This document shows positions 1 through 12,610 of a stretch of 64,000 nt of DNA, piece by piece. The stretch is from Lama guanicoe. Lineage: Eukaryota. Each line of letters begins with the position of its first letter. Position 1 is the stretch's first letter. Where the stretch lies: contig MU054098.1 in NCBI GenBank assembly GCA_013239625.1, positions 961,568-1,025,567 on the forward strand, given 5' to 3'. The notes beneath the pieces were generated by a model. It saw only the letters and a list, made by a program, of their open reading frames with translations. It was not told where the DNA came from and did no database searches. The position numbers and the translations under genes are program-made.

Positions 1-239
1 CAAAACAAAAAGTCCTTCATAATAACTGAAGTGCAGAGGACTTGATGCATTTTGCTTTCTAGCATAAAAGAGGGATACAAAGGAGAACGCAAAGTGTAAC
101 TCAAAAGTTATAACTACTGAAAGGATCATTTATAATTTCATTGACTGTGGGTAGAATATTTTTTGTGCCCACCAGTTCAACCACAGAAGTAATTAAATTC
201 CTTTATGCATACATGCAGTCCTTGGGCTATTACATGCAA

Positions 240-1120
240 GTTTAGTTGTATTTTCTTTTTCAGAATTTATTTTGATGTTCTTGGCTCTTTTAATTTCTAT
301 ATAGAACTTAGTTTAACAATTTCTGCAAAAATTCCTTCCAGAATTAGGATTTAGGATTGTGTAGAATGTATGGATGATATGGGAAGTGTTAATGTCTTAC
401 CAATATTGAGATCTTTGGTCCATGAACAAGGTATATAATTCAATTTATTATTATCTCATGTAATTTCTACTTCTATGTAATATTTTGCCATTTTCAGCAT
501 AGAAGCTTTACATGCATTTTAAAATTGATTCTGAATTTTTTAATCATTTAAAATGATATTAACTGTTCACATTTAATTTCACATTGGTTTATTAAACTTA
601 TATCCTTCTTCATTGCCTCACTTCTTAGTTCTTGCCATGGTTGTAGATGTATGGGATAATCTGTACATCAGTTGAGACAGTTTTACTTCTTCCTTTCTTC
701 CTTCTTTCCTCTAGTGGTTTTTAATCCATTTCCTTTTGTTGCTTTTGACTAATGGCTGGTGCCTCCAGGACAAGCTAGACAGCAGTTGTGTGAGCACCCA
801 TTCTTGCCTTGTTCCCAGTCTGCAGGGGAAAATGTTCACACTTGTACCCTTAAGTACAATATTAGGTTTTCTGTAGATGTTCTTTATCAAATCAAGGGTA
901 ATTTTTGGAAAGCTTTTTTTTGGGGGGGTGTTGGATTTTTGTCAAATGCTTTTTATTAATCCACTGAAATTATCATATGGTTTTCCCCCTTTAACCCAAT
1001 GATATGCTGATTTGCACTGATTGATTTTCTTTATGAAACATTTCTGGATAAAACATACTCAGCTACAATGTATTATCTTTTTTATGTATTGGTATATTTG
1101 GTTTGCTTTAATCCATACTG
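240..1120 (-). mobile_element. Ancient, highly degraded LINE-1 (L1M/L1ME-type) ORF2 fragment
   Basis: T-rich antisense-L1 motifs, e.g. 'ttaccaatattgag...tccatgaacaaggtatat' and 'ttggattttgtcaaatgcttttt'-like sequence; no open frame; boundaries approximate. Confidence 0.6.
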
Positions 1121-1187
1121 AAAGCCTCTGCTTTACCTTTCTTTTCACTTTCTGTCTTCTTTTGTGTTAAATTGAATGTTGTTAGCC

Positions 1188-1325
1188 TGTAGACTGGTCA
1201 GGAAGTCATTGAAATAATTCAGGCAAGAGGTGAAAGCGGCTAGGATCCGTTGGAACTGGAGAAAGGGATCAGACTCTAAATATATTTTTGAGGTAGAATT
1301 AACAATTCTTACGTATGGATTATAC
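1188..1325 (-). mobile_element. L2 LINE fragment
   Basis: 'aataattcaggcaagaggtga...tatttttgaggtagaattaaca' resembles the antisense L2 body. Confidence 0.55.
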
Positions 1326-1334
1326 ATATGTTCG

Positions 1335-1402
1335 GGAGATAATACCTGAAAAGTGCATAGCACCTGCCTGGAATGTAATAGGTGCTCAAGAGATGTCAGT
1401 TT
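1335..1402 (+). mobile_element. MIR SINE 3' fragment
   Basis: 'gagataata...aaagtgcatagcacctgcctgg...taataggtgctcaa' resembles the MIR tail. Confidence 0.5.
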
Positions 1403-1789
1403 CCTCTCTTCTATATTCCTAATATACACCCTCAACTCGCGTTAGACTCGTCTCCTAAGTGTTCCCTCAAATACACTATGTTCACTCCTGTCTATTTGCC
1501 TTTGCTCATGTTCAATTTCTGCCTCTTCCATTAACTTGTTTATCCTAAACAATCATTAATAAACAAATAAGTAAATTTTAAATACACACTTAAAAATAAT
1601 AATGTCAACCCCATAATATTCTAAGAGGAGCTTTCCTAAGAAAAGAGTCTCAATATGTTTAAGAAGTTAGAGGCTAAGATGGAAAAAAAAGTTCATTAAA
1701 TCTAAGATTGTGCGTTGACTATGGTGGGAGGGGGTGGTGAGCAAAGCACACAGCACTGCTTCTAAGAGAAGAAAATAAATCTCATGTTT

Positions 1790-2640
1790 AAAAGACTAGA
1801 TAACCTTGGACTCTGAGTATCAACCCATTAACCCCAGGGAAATCTCTCTCCTCATTCCTGAAACACAGACAATAAGGGAACAGCAGATGACACAACACCC
1901 CGTACCTCCCCTGCAAGTGTGAATTCTTCTCAGTGACCATTGTAGCTGTTCCTGTGGAAGGCAGTGATCAAAGGAGAGTCTCCCAGAGAGCTGAAACAGG
2001 GGACATGGAAAGCCTTTTAAGTTACAAGTGCAATATTGTTTGATAAATTGTTTCCATTTGTCAGAATATCCCTTTGTATTCCTATCCAGTGGGATGTGCT
2101 ATATGCTATGAATCAATAATTTGTTTCCTATTCTCCCCTTTTCTGAATGGGAATTTTTATTATCCCAGTCTTCCTCACCATTGTATACTGTGTGCATTGG
2201 GAATGGATACATGATCATTTTTAGGATATGTCACCACACTATGAAGTAGCTACCTCTGGGCTTGACAGCAAGAACAGTACATAATTCAGAGGTCCTGGAC
2301 TTCATTTAATTTTAATAATTGGATGAGATATTGAATAGTTTCCCTTGGATGGAGGATGTGTGTTTCATGCACATTCTAAGTTAAGTTTTATAAAAAGGAG
2401 AGAATGCATTCATGTCTGATAGCCAAAAGGAGATTCCTTAGTGGATAATGTGGTTGCCTTCCAAATGCTCATTTCCTGTCCTCACTGGTTTGGCAGCTAT
2501 GTAGCTTCTCTGATTGGCCTAACCCCAAAGGATAACTACCCTTTTTTTTCCCCCAAAGCTGCTCCAATTGGAATTAATTTAAAACTTCTGTTTAATGTGT
2601 TTGGGAAAGAAAGTTCTCTGTGCCCTAGATGTAAGCACAC
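1790..2640 (+). mobile_element. MaLR (MLT1-type) internal 3' end followed by degraded LTR start near 2441
   Basis: 'ttctccccttttctgaatgggaat...cctcaccattgtat', 'tcctggactt' and the polypurine-like 'gccaaaaggag' before an LTR-like start resemble MLT1-int. Confidence 0.45.
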
Positions 2641-5299
2641 AAGCATATAGTTCTGTAACTCCATGCATTTGAAGATAGTTTTTATATCCTTCCTATCTTT
2701 TCTCTCAACTCAGATGATTATCTCCTTTAACATCCAGAAAACTCTTCCTGGGACAAACTAGTTTGTGTTCTTTTTCAAGTGCACGATACTCTATATAGTC
2801 TTATTAGCGCAACGTGTAACAAAACTATCAAGGGAGAAAATGGTCTCTGATGGAAAGAGATTGGGTTAAGATCTCAAATCGCACAGTGACTGTAGACATC
2901 ATGCCACACACTTTTGGAGCATTTGCAGCACAGTGTGGATACTTTTGGCAAATATGCTTTGTTTCTACCCGTGGCTTTGTTCTGAAAGCTCTATTCGGTA
3001 ATAATCTTGATCAACTTGCCTGGACTACATGTGAGCTCAAAAGTTTCCTTTTCCCCTCTAGTTAAGGACCTGGATGAGAGGCATCCTTAAAACAGCTCCT
3101 TGATCCTTCCCCCCACAGCCCTTTCTCTTGTCTTGACACAGTGTCAGAATAAAGACAGCAAGAGGAGTCGTGGAGAAGAGTGTGGGCTCATTTTCTTAAT
3201 TACTTAAACCTTTTATTTCCTCTGGAGCCAACATGCTTCCTGCTCTACCAGCAAAGACAGTGGAAGTGCTTCTCAGATAAGAGGCAGATTCAAGTCCATC
3301 TTATTCCATCAGATCCAGGAACAACCACGCTTTATGGTGAAACAGCATCAGGAAAGAACAGTCAAGATATAGGCAGCTTCTCTTTCATTCACTCTCTTTC
3401 TAAAATCACAGGATCTCTTGGCTCTGCTTTCTCTTTCAACCATGCTTTCTCTGCTTTACTTGAATACTGTCATTGTTTTTTTAGCCCCCAACTTACATTC
3501 ATTACAAATTCAATGCCTGGTGCTCACAGATCTTCACTCTCTAGTTACAAATTCCAAAACAGAGAATATATTTGGGCCAGACAAGACCTGGGATAGCTCC
3601 TCCTGGCTGAGATGCCAGTTCTTATGGGACCATGTTTCCGTTATAGAGGCCACTCCTTGTGGATGAGGAAGAGTTATCAAAAGATTAAACAGTGAGTTAT
3701 TGTAACTATGTAACTCTGATTGTAATCAGTTGTCAGAGCAGCTTCTTTTTGCAAAAAAAAAAAATGAAGATAGTGAGAAGAATGAGGATCTGCACATATT
3801 AGAATATCTTACCAAAATAAAAATCACAACAAAGTCATTATCAGTCTTGATTTTGATTTGTTTATCAAAATAGCCCTGAGGGAGAATGAGTTCTCTTGAG
3901 AATGGAACGTAGATCCAGAAAATGTTGATAGGAAGTAAGGAGAAAGTAAATATCCAGATCATATGCTATTACCAATAAAGGTTTTTGTTAGGTGGGTTCT
4001 GATCTCATCTACTCTCATGCCTTCACATCACTGACACACCTATGACTTCTAACCTACAATTTCTAACAAAGTTCTCTAACGAGATGATTTGTTTTGTGTC
4101 TATAAACACCAATATGCTACAGCTGTTTGACAGGAGGGAACATGAGTTATTTACTTGTTTCCTGCCAGCATCTAACTCTCTGCCTGGATTATAGTAAATA
4201 ATTAGTCCTGAATGAATGAGTGAGTTGAAAGCTTGGTTAGCTTGGAAGGCAATCTGAGGACACAGTGAAAGGGAAGAAAAAAAAAAAACAGAAAAAGATA
4301 AGGATAAGGGAGAGTTTTGAAGTGCTGGGAAAACAGCAATTTTGCTTAATATGTGGGCAAAGATTGACCTTGGCAGGAAGAGGAACAGAACTGGATTGAA
4401 AAGGTGTGTGGCTTTCCAGAAACTACCTTTAGGTAAATGGATCCAAAAACCAAGGTTCTGATACCATATCCTTCCGGCATATGCCATCACCTTAGATTTT
4501 CAAAGTTAGCCTTTAGTGTCTTATTTTCATTCAGGCACTTTGCCTTGATTTTGGGTGTTTCCTTTCCAGCCAAAGGTGGAAATGTTGAGTTTGACTGCAT
4601 ATGCTCAAATGTTAGTCTTTTCCAAAAAAAAAAAAAACCAAAAAACAAAGCACACAACCTTATAAACAAAATACATATTTAGCCTTCTTTGATTTACATT
4701 TTATTTCATAATACTGCTTATTTTTAAAGGAGCATAGATTATTTAGCAACCCATTATACAAGTGACATTCATGGTAAAATAAGATTTCCATGAAACCTGT
4801 TTGCAATCACTGCTTTACCTAATTTCAGCTTTCCTTTTTTTCTTTCAAATTTTAACTTATTCTTGAATACATACATAGAGTATGAACATTCAAAGATTGC
4901 AGATCGAACTGAGGTCCTCTTTGGCCACTTGGATTTGGTCACTACTGTAAAGATAACCACTTTGTCACCTATGCTGTGAATATTCGTAGCTCTCCAGGGC
5001 TTACTCTGTCCGCTCTGGATGAGGGTCCCTCACAAACAGGCCCAGCTCTCTTGAAAACCCACAACCTTCTGCCCCTGCAATCTGCCTTCAGAAACTTGCG
5101 TAGCACAGATTTCTTATACTAGTCTGATCCTGCTATGCACGTTGGTACCTCTGCCTGTCCCATTCTTTCCCCCTGTCGTTGCTTTCCTCCTTTTCTCCGT
5201 CTAGTGTACTCCAGGTCTTTCCTTGCTGTGATCAAGTCACCCCATTTCGGAAGTCTTTCCTGTGTCTGCAAATGGTTTTGTATAATAAAAACATCTTAA

Positions 5300-5550
5300 A
5301 GAGATTAAGCCCATAGATTTGGAGCCAGAATTCGTGGGTGTGAATCTCAGTTTTGTCTCTTATAAGCCACTTTAGACCTTAGACCAGCTATCTAAACTCC
5401 TTGATTCTCAGTTCCCTGATTTGTAAAATAAGAACAATATTAACACCTGTTTCATAATGCTGCTAGTAGGATTAAATGAACTAATACATGTGAAACACTG
5501 AGACCATGCCTGGAAGACAGTGAGCACCTGACAAGTGTTACCTATGATGA
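5300..5550 (+). mobile_element. MIR SINE, near full length
   Basis: 'ttggagccaga...gaatctcag...ctcagttccctgatttgtaaaat...ggattaaatga...catgtgaaacactgagaccatgcctgg' follows the MIR core and tail in order. Confidence 0.75.
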
Positions 5551-5913
5551 ATACTGTACCATCTTTAATTAGAGTACTTTGCATATTTAATTATAACTTT
5601 GCCGTGTCTGCCCACCTTCTCTAATCCTCAAGGACTGCATTCATGTCATTGTTTACTTTCTTTTACTCCTATTTCACTCTGCCCCTACCCCAAACCCCAA
5701 ATCATACACACTAAGCACAAAGCCTGCTACTTAGTGGGCACTCCACAAAGAAGAAAGCGTGGGATGGTGTCAAGTTCCTTAGTAACAGAAAATTTTAATC
5801 TAGGGTATAAAACGGCATGCTTTCAGGGGATTCTTTATTTCAGTCCTCAACCTCCAGGCCCTCCTGCTTTCTCTTTCCCTTTGAATTCAGATAAAAAGAG
5901 AGGCTTTGGCTTT

Positions 5914-6554
5914 TTTTTATTACATCTGCTGAATTTATTATTTAGTAGATTATTTAAATTGAAGTATAGTCAGCTTACAGTGTGTCAATTTCTGGCGTAC
6001 AACATAATGTTTCAGTCATATATATACATATATATATATTCATTTTCACATTCTTTTTCATTATAGTTTAACACAAGATATTGAATATAGTTCCCTGTGC
6101 TATACAGAAGAAACTTGTTGTTCATTTTATATATAGTAGTTAATATTTGCAAATCTCATACTCCCAATTTGTCCCTTCCCACCCCCTTTCCCCCCAGTAA
6201 CCGTAAATTTGTTTACTATGTCTGTGAGTCTGTTTCTGTTCTGTAGGTTAGTTCATTAGTGTCTTCTTTTTTCTTTTTTTAGATTCCACATAAGAGTGAT
6301 ATCATATGGTATATTTCTTTCTTTTTCTGGATGACTTCACTTAGAATGATGATCTCCAGGCCTATCCATGTTGCTTCAAATGGCATTATTTTATTATTTT
6401 TTATGGCTGAGTAGTATTCCATTGTATACATATACCACAGCTTCTTTATCCAGTCATCTGTCAATGGACATTTAGGTTATTTCCATGTCTAGACTATTGT
6501 AAATAGTGCTTCTATGAAAACTGGGGTGTATGTATCATTTTGAATTAGAGTTCT
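5914..6554 (-). mobile_element. 5'-truncated LINE-1 (ORF2 C-terminus + 3'UTR) with 16-bp TSD
   Basis: Minus ORF 6279-6464 encodes the ORF2p end ([19 protein letters not shown]...CGI). TSD gagaggctttggcttt (5898-5913) / gagaggctgtggcttt (6555-6570), 1 mismatch. Confidence 0.9.
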
Positions 6555-8583
6555 GAGAGGCTGTGGCTTTCTATTTAGCCTTGAGATGCAGCAAATGGTA
6601 TTAACTGCACATCACACCTCAGGAAGAGGTTTCTTTGACTCCCTACCTCTACATGTCTTCATTCCATGTGTCTCATTTTCTCATTCCCCACAACTCCACC
6701 TTATGGATCACGTTTTATCATAGAAAGATTCCTTAGAGAAGCAGTCTTCTAGGCAATTTTGACAGAGTGCTTCAGACCTCTGGCCCCAGTTAATCCGAAT
6801 TTAAAGGTCTATGCTTTCATTCTTTCCCTTGCTAAAATTTTGAAAACAATTTGAATCAAACAAAACAGCCTTTCTGCTGGATTTCACCCTGCTTGCTTCA
6901 CAGCTAACTTAAATCAAGCCTTGTAGCTTTCAACCCAAGGGAATGGCATTATAAAAATTTATCTTATTGATGCATTTCAGTTGGGTGAATTCTGCTCTCC
7001 AAGAATTTTAAAAAGTAAAAATGCACCTGGCAAAAATACAATTAAGGTAAAAAGATGGATTTAATTAAATGTTACTATTAAGTGATATAAATAAACAGAT
7101 TCATAACCTACATTACTTTTTGGTTCATTAGAAAAAGGAGCACATTATCTTAGCTTTGGGTGAAACAATTGGAAAAGTTCTTCTGGGAGTGTACTGGGAT
7201 ATTTATGGGGAATGTTCAGATAAATGGACCTGGTTAATATTTAATGAAATGCATGTTACTGTAATGTTGCTATAAAATTAGCATAGGTTATGGGAATGTT
7301 TTAGAATGAATCATCTTTTATAATGGCTAGTAATTCAAAGAGTATACTTTATTAAAAGAGCTCAGCAATGTTTTAAATTATATACCCATCCCAAATCCAG
7401 CACATTGCTATTGCTCTTTTACTTTCTACTCCAGTATTTATCTACTGTAGTATTTCTACTCATTATAAATATTTTTGAAGAGAATTTTGGAAGAATCAAT
7501 AAAGCGCTTAGCAAAGTAAGAAGCAGAAGCATTACTTAGTATCAGAGCAAATGCCTGGCAGTTTTGAGTGTTACTAGCTGTTCTTAATTACATGTTTTGG
7601 GGACCACACATATTGACCTTTCTCAAGTCTCCTGATTTCTAGGAGAATGAAATGTTTACCTTAGAAACTATTGAAACTATCTTAGGACTCCAGGATGTTC
7701 AAGAAAGTAACTGTGCAAAACTTTTTAGCTGATAAAAACAAAAGAGCATTGTACTGGGCTGGGAGTCAGGTCTGAATTTTAGCCACTAAATAATGAGGGT
7801 CATGTAAATGAGGATAATAAAATCTTTTATGATTCTCACAGGATTGCTTTCTCTCAAGTGAGAAGACATATGTATAAGAATAGTGAAAAATAAGGTAGTT
7901 TATGAAGTATTACTTTTATACTAATCATTTCAAGTCACATCATTACTACTCTTTTTTTTAAAAAAAGATTATAGGGTTGGCATGTGTCTAATAGTGCTAT
8001 AAATGGGCTCCTATAGAAAATTTTTATAAGTAGGGATTTATTTTAAGAGCTGAGGTACATTGACCTAAGCTAATTTTGGCTCTTAGCACATGACAGGTTC
8101 TTTTTGTAAGTACTGGTGATGTCTCATACTTACAAGTAGTTTGGGCCTTTATATCTCTTCTGCAAATTTATTGGAATCACCACTCTGCTCTAGGCTCTCC
8201 AACTGCTGCCTTATGTGAAAGACTCACTTGAATGCAGACACAAAGATATTATGACCACAGGATGTAAGAACAATGGGACTCTAGACCTTGGGCACTGCAC
8301 AAATAATCCTACACTGCTTTGTTTGTTATATTTGTATACTTTGTTCATGCAAGGGCAATGGGACTTGTACAAATCTACATGATCTGTTTCCTATTTTGAA
8401 TGCTGCAGTTTACCACTTGAAAAATATTTATAATATCCCTTATTTTTAATTAATAAATTCTTTCATGTAGATTTCAGTTATGATATTTGAAATACCAAGT
8501 AATCAAGTATCAAGTGCTGACTTCTAATTAGGATACCCTGAAGGTGTAGAATAGTTTTGCACATTTGAACATTACGTAGCTTA

Positions 8584-10055
8584 GACAGCATGGTATTGGT
8601 ACCAAAACAGACATATAGACCAATGGAACAGAATAGAGAGCCCAGAAATGAACCCACAAACTTTTGGTCAACTCATCTTCGACAAAGGAGGCAAGAATAT
8701 ACAATGGAATAAAGACAGTCTCTTCAGCAAATGGTGTTGGGAAAACTGGACAGCAGCATGTAAAACAATGAAGCTAGAACACACCTTTACACCATATACA
8801 AAAATCAACTCAAAATGGATTAAAGACTTAAACATAAGACAAGATACAATAAACCTCCTAGAGGAAAACATAGGCAAAACATTATCTGACATACATTTCA
8901 AAAATTTTCTCCTAGAAGAAATAAAAGCAAGAATAAACAAATGGGACCTAATGAAACTTACAAGCTTCTGCAGAGCAAAGGAAACCAGAAATAAAACAAG
9001 AAGAAAACCTACGGAATGGGAGAAAATTTTTGCAAGTGAAACCGACAAAGGCTTGATCTCCAAAATATATAAGCAGCTCATACGACTCAATAAGGAAAAA
9101 ATAAACAACCCAATCCAAAAATGGGCAGAAGACCTAAACAAGCAACTCTCCAAGGAAGACATACAAATGATCAAAAAGCACATGAAAAAATGTTCAATAT
9201 CACTAATTATCAGAGAAATGCAAATCAAAACTACAATGAGGTATCACCTCACACCAGTCAGAATGGCCGTCATTCAAAAATCCAAAAATGACAAATGCTG
9301 GAGAGGCTGTGGAGAAAGGGGAACCCTCCTACACTGCTGGTGGGAATGCAGTTTGGTGCAGCCACTATGGAAAACAGTGTGGAGATTCCTCAAAAGACTA
9401 GGAATAGACTTACCATATGACCCAGGAATCCCACTCCTGGGCTTGTATCCAGAAGGAAATCTACTTCAGGATGACACCTGCACCCCAATGTTCATAGCAG
9501 CACTATTTACAATAGCCAAAACATGGAAACAGCCTAAATGTCCATCAACAGGTGACTGGATAAAGAAGATGTGGTATATTTATACAATGGAATACTACTC
9601 AGCCATAAAAACCGACAACATAATGCCATTTGCAGCAACATGGATGCTCCTAGAGAATGTCATTCTAAGTGAAGTAAGCCAGAAAGAGAAAGAAAAATAC
9701 CATATGAGATCGCTCATATGTGGAATCTAAAAAACAAAAACAAACAAACAAACAAAAACAAAGCATAAATACAGGACAGAAATAGACTCATGGACAGAGA
9801 ATACAGACTTGTGGTTACCAGGGGGGTAGAGGGTGGGAAGGGATAGACTGGGATTTCAAAATTGTAGAATAGATAAACAAGATTACACTGTATAGCACAG
9901 GGAAATATACACAAAATGTTATGATAAATCACAGAGAAAAAAATGTGACAATGAGTGTGTATATGTCCATGAATGACTGAAAAATTGTGCTGAACACTGG
10001 AATTTGACACAACACTGTAAAATGATTATGAATCAATAAAAAATGTAAAAAAAAC
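8584..10055 (+). mobile_element. Young 5'-truncated LINE-1 with 3'UTR, A-rich tail and 15-bp TSD
   Basis: Uninterrupted ORF2 3' frame, G-rich 3'UTR tract, AATAAA plus A-rich tail at ~10035-10054. TSD acattacgtagctta (8569-8583) / acattacgtaactta (10056-10070), 1 mismatch. Confidence 0.97.
8585..9730 (+). pseudogene. LINE-1 ORF2p C-terminal part (5'-truncated; no endonuclease or RT core)
   Basis: Frame is open from 8585 ([21 protein letters not shown]...) to the stop at 9730; the provided ORF starts at an internal Met (8648). The CX3CX7HX4C motif [18 protein letters not shown] is intact. Confidence 0.92.
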
Positions 10056-10215
10056 ACATTACGTAACTTATTCTAATGTATTTAATGTAAATTCAAGCAC
10101 AAAACTATATGAGTATCATTTTGCCATTATATGAAATAAGGCTGTATTTCACTCTAAGTACTATTATCTAGGTCTCATACATATTTTTCTTTAAAAGTAC
10201 CTTAAATAATACTTA

Positions 10216-10357
10216 ATATCTATATGAGATGATGGATAGTAACTAAACTTACTGTGGTAATCATTTCATGATATATGTAAGTCAAATCATGAAGCTGTAC
10301 ACCCTAAGCTTACAGAGTGCTGTATATCAACTTTATCTCAATAAGACTGGGGAAAAA
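10216..10357 (+). mobile_element. Short LINE-1 3'UTR tip (older subfamily)
   Basis: 'tatgagatgatggatag...ctgtacacc...tatctcaataagactggggaaaaa'; flanked by aaataatactta (10204-10215) / aaagaatactta (10355-10366). Confidence 0.75.
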
Positions 10358-10389
10358 GAATACTTATGACATTTTAAGATCCAAGTATT

Positions 10390-10580
10390 GTTCATTTTAA
10401 TAAATATTTGTTGAGTACTTACTATGTGCCAGGCACTATGCTAGGTCCTGAGGTGATAAAAACTAGGCACAATTTAAACTCTTACAGCCTAATGAAGCAG
10501 GTATTGAACAAACAAGTATTAAAACTTCAGTGTGTTATTCGCTATGAAAAATAAAATAGAATGCTATGAGATCCTTTAAA
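10390..10580 (-). mobile_element. L2 LINE 3' end
   Basis: 'aaatatttgttgagtacttactatgtgccaggcactatgctagg' is the antisense L2 terminus. Confidence 0.65.
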
Positions 10581-11924
10581 ATACAATGACATTATTTAGA
10601 AAAAGCCAATTGGAAGAGGTAGAAATAATTCATCTTATCAACTAGGATTGCAAATACTAAGTTATCATAGCTAATTTCTTTCCCTTTTAATGTTTTTACA
10701 TTAAAGATGAAGAAAAAGAGCAGAGACACTTCTGAGAAAATCACTTTATGTACCATTGGATTGTTTGGTTGACTGAAACTATAAAGCAGTTTAACAACTG
10801 AATGTCATAGGAATTAAAGGCACTTCTATTGAGCCAATAATTCAACATATTACTACTGTTCCCCTGAGGAAATCAACTTGCTACACGGACAATTCAAGAT
10901 GCAGTAATATTCTTCTGTAGCTACTGAGGAAAACAACCACAATGAAGAGAAAAGTGTAGGGTTTTAAATTATTTTCTTCTGATTTTTTTCACTGTAGTCT
11001 ATTGTACATTTAAGGAGAAAACATCAATAGGCTTCAATTATAATATGAGGAGTAATTTTAAAGGCAATTGCTGATTGTGTGGAGTAAATCCCAATTATGC
11101 TGAAAGTTGATTCATTTATCCATTTCATTTTTTAAATAATTGATTTGAATTTCCTTTTGCCATTACTCAGTGCATTATAAATTTTATGCTTTTCACTGTA
11201 GTCTTAGAACTCTGTTAATCTTATATGTATCTTTATAGGGTTTACATATTACATGCTCTATTTAAATATACAGCATTTTAATGTTTTTAGTCATTAGAAT
11301 ACAGTATAAGAAATATTGTTTACTAATAGGAATTTGTTAAGGGATATCTATTTATTTTAACTTTCCATAAGATAGTACATTAAATGAATAATGCAATTCT
11401 CAATAAAATAAGCTATATTCAAGTTATTCTTAAGGTCTTTAATTAAATTACTAAAATGCCTTTTCATAACTTTATTCATTTGACCTTCAAAAATTCTAGC
11501 AAACAATACTGAAATCAGCAAAATGCATATAAAGGAAAAGCTAGCAATTATATTTTGATTGATTCTGAACCCCTTCTTAACATTTATTTTATCAACCAGT
11601 ATTTTAGAGTTTGATTAGAGCAAGAATGCATTGAAAATTGTCATAGAAATTGAAATATTTGAGATACCAACCCAGATTACATGAATACATACACATAAAC
11701 AGCACACACATACATACACACACAAACTCAAGGATAAGATTGGTATCATTCCATGGGATCTAAGAAAACACTACTGCAATATTGACATCAGCAATCTCAA
11801 TGTGTCTGTATTTTGACAGGTGTGACCATTCAGCAATCTCAGTGGCTCAAAGAACCTGCATAATTCCTTTCTCTTTTTGATTCCTTGCTTTACTTAATAT
11901 TATGTGTTGAGTGTAAGATGCTAC

Positions 11925-12514
11925 TGCAGAGTAGGTTCTTGTCTTATCACAGAAGGAATTCAGAGAAGAGACATGGAGGTCAAAAAAATAAAGTGAGGAT
12001 TTATTAAGTGACAGTACGCTCTCAAGGGGAGGGTGGGCAGGCTCAGATGAGCAGCTATGCTGAGTTTCTTTGGCAAGTTGGTTACACTTGGTGAAAAAAT
12101 GAATGGGCTGAATATTCTTTGGAGATGGAAGAGTTTGGGGTCATGTTCTGTGATTTTCATCCCAGCTCCACCTTCCCAAAGGTAGGAGGAATTTTGTCCT
12201 TATTTAGTGTTGATTGGAAGTGTCATGGTGTTGGTGCCTGATGGGTACTTCTAATCTGCAAGGCTAATTTTATTGTAATGAGGGCATAATGAGCAAAAGG
12301 TTACATTCAGACACTGGAGATTCCTGCCTTTTCTCACATTTCTTTGTCTGCCTCTAGTATCCTTGTCACCCCAAAATGTGATCTCTTATCAGTCTGGAGG
12401 TTCCTGCTTTTCTCTGCCCAAGGACCCCTGTTGATCACAAGATGTATGGTTTCCTGCCATTTGGCTCATGCCCCACTTTCTCTGTTCACATCTAGCTCTC
12501 TGCCTGCTCTAACA
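11925..12514 (-). mobile_element. Solo LTR, probably class I ERV (ERV1)
   Basis: TG...CA termini with a 4-bp CTAC direct repeat (11921-24 / 12515-18). Minus-strand CCAAT (12213-17) and AATAAA (12000-05) are in U3-to-R order. Interrupts an L2 terminus. Confidence 0.7.
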
Positions 12515-12610
12515 CTACCATGTGCCAGACACTGTTCCAGGTGTTGGGGTTAAAAACATAGAGCAGGCACAGCTTTTTCTTTCCTTGTGGGGCTTATATT
12601 CTAGTAGATT
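12515..12610 (-). mobile_element. L2 3' end (host of the solo LTR)
   Basis: 'ctaccatgtgccagacactgttccaggtgttgggg...cttgtggggcttatattctagt' continues 'tgttgagtg' found left of the LTR. Confidence 0.55.

Noticed and set aside
3180..3666. 138-aa and 82-aa overlapping ORFs
   Set aside because: Non-ATG starts, no recognisable domain, low-information composition; the 3' part resembles a decayed MaLR LTR tail.
4023..4490. 155-aa minus-strand ORF
   Set aside because: Phe/Leu/Ser-rich translation of an A-rich tract; no family resemblance or exon structure.
8104..8135. Inverted repeat ttgtaagta...tacttacaa
   Set aside because: A 9-bp AT-rich stem is expected by chance in 64 kb and has no miRNA-like extended pairing.
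8668..9228. 186-aa hydrophobic antisense ORF
   Set aside because: It is the reverse strand of A-rich L1 ORF2; such pseudo-membrane ORFs are a routine by-product.
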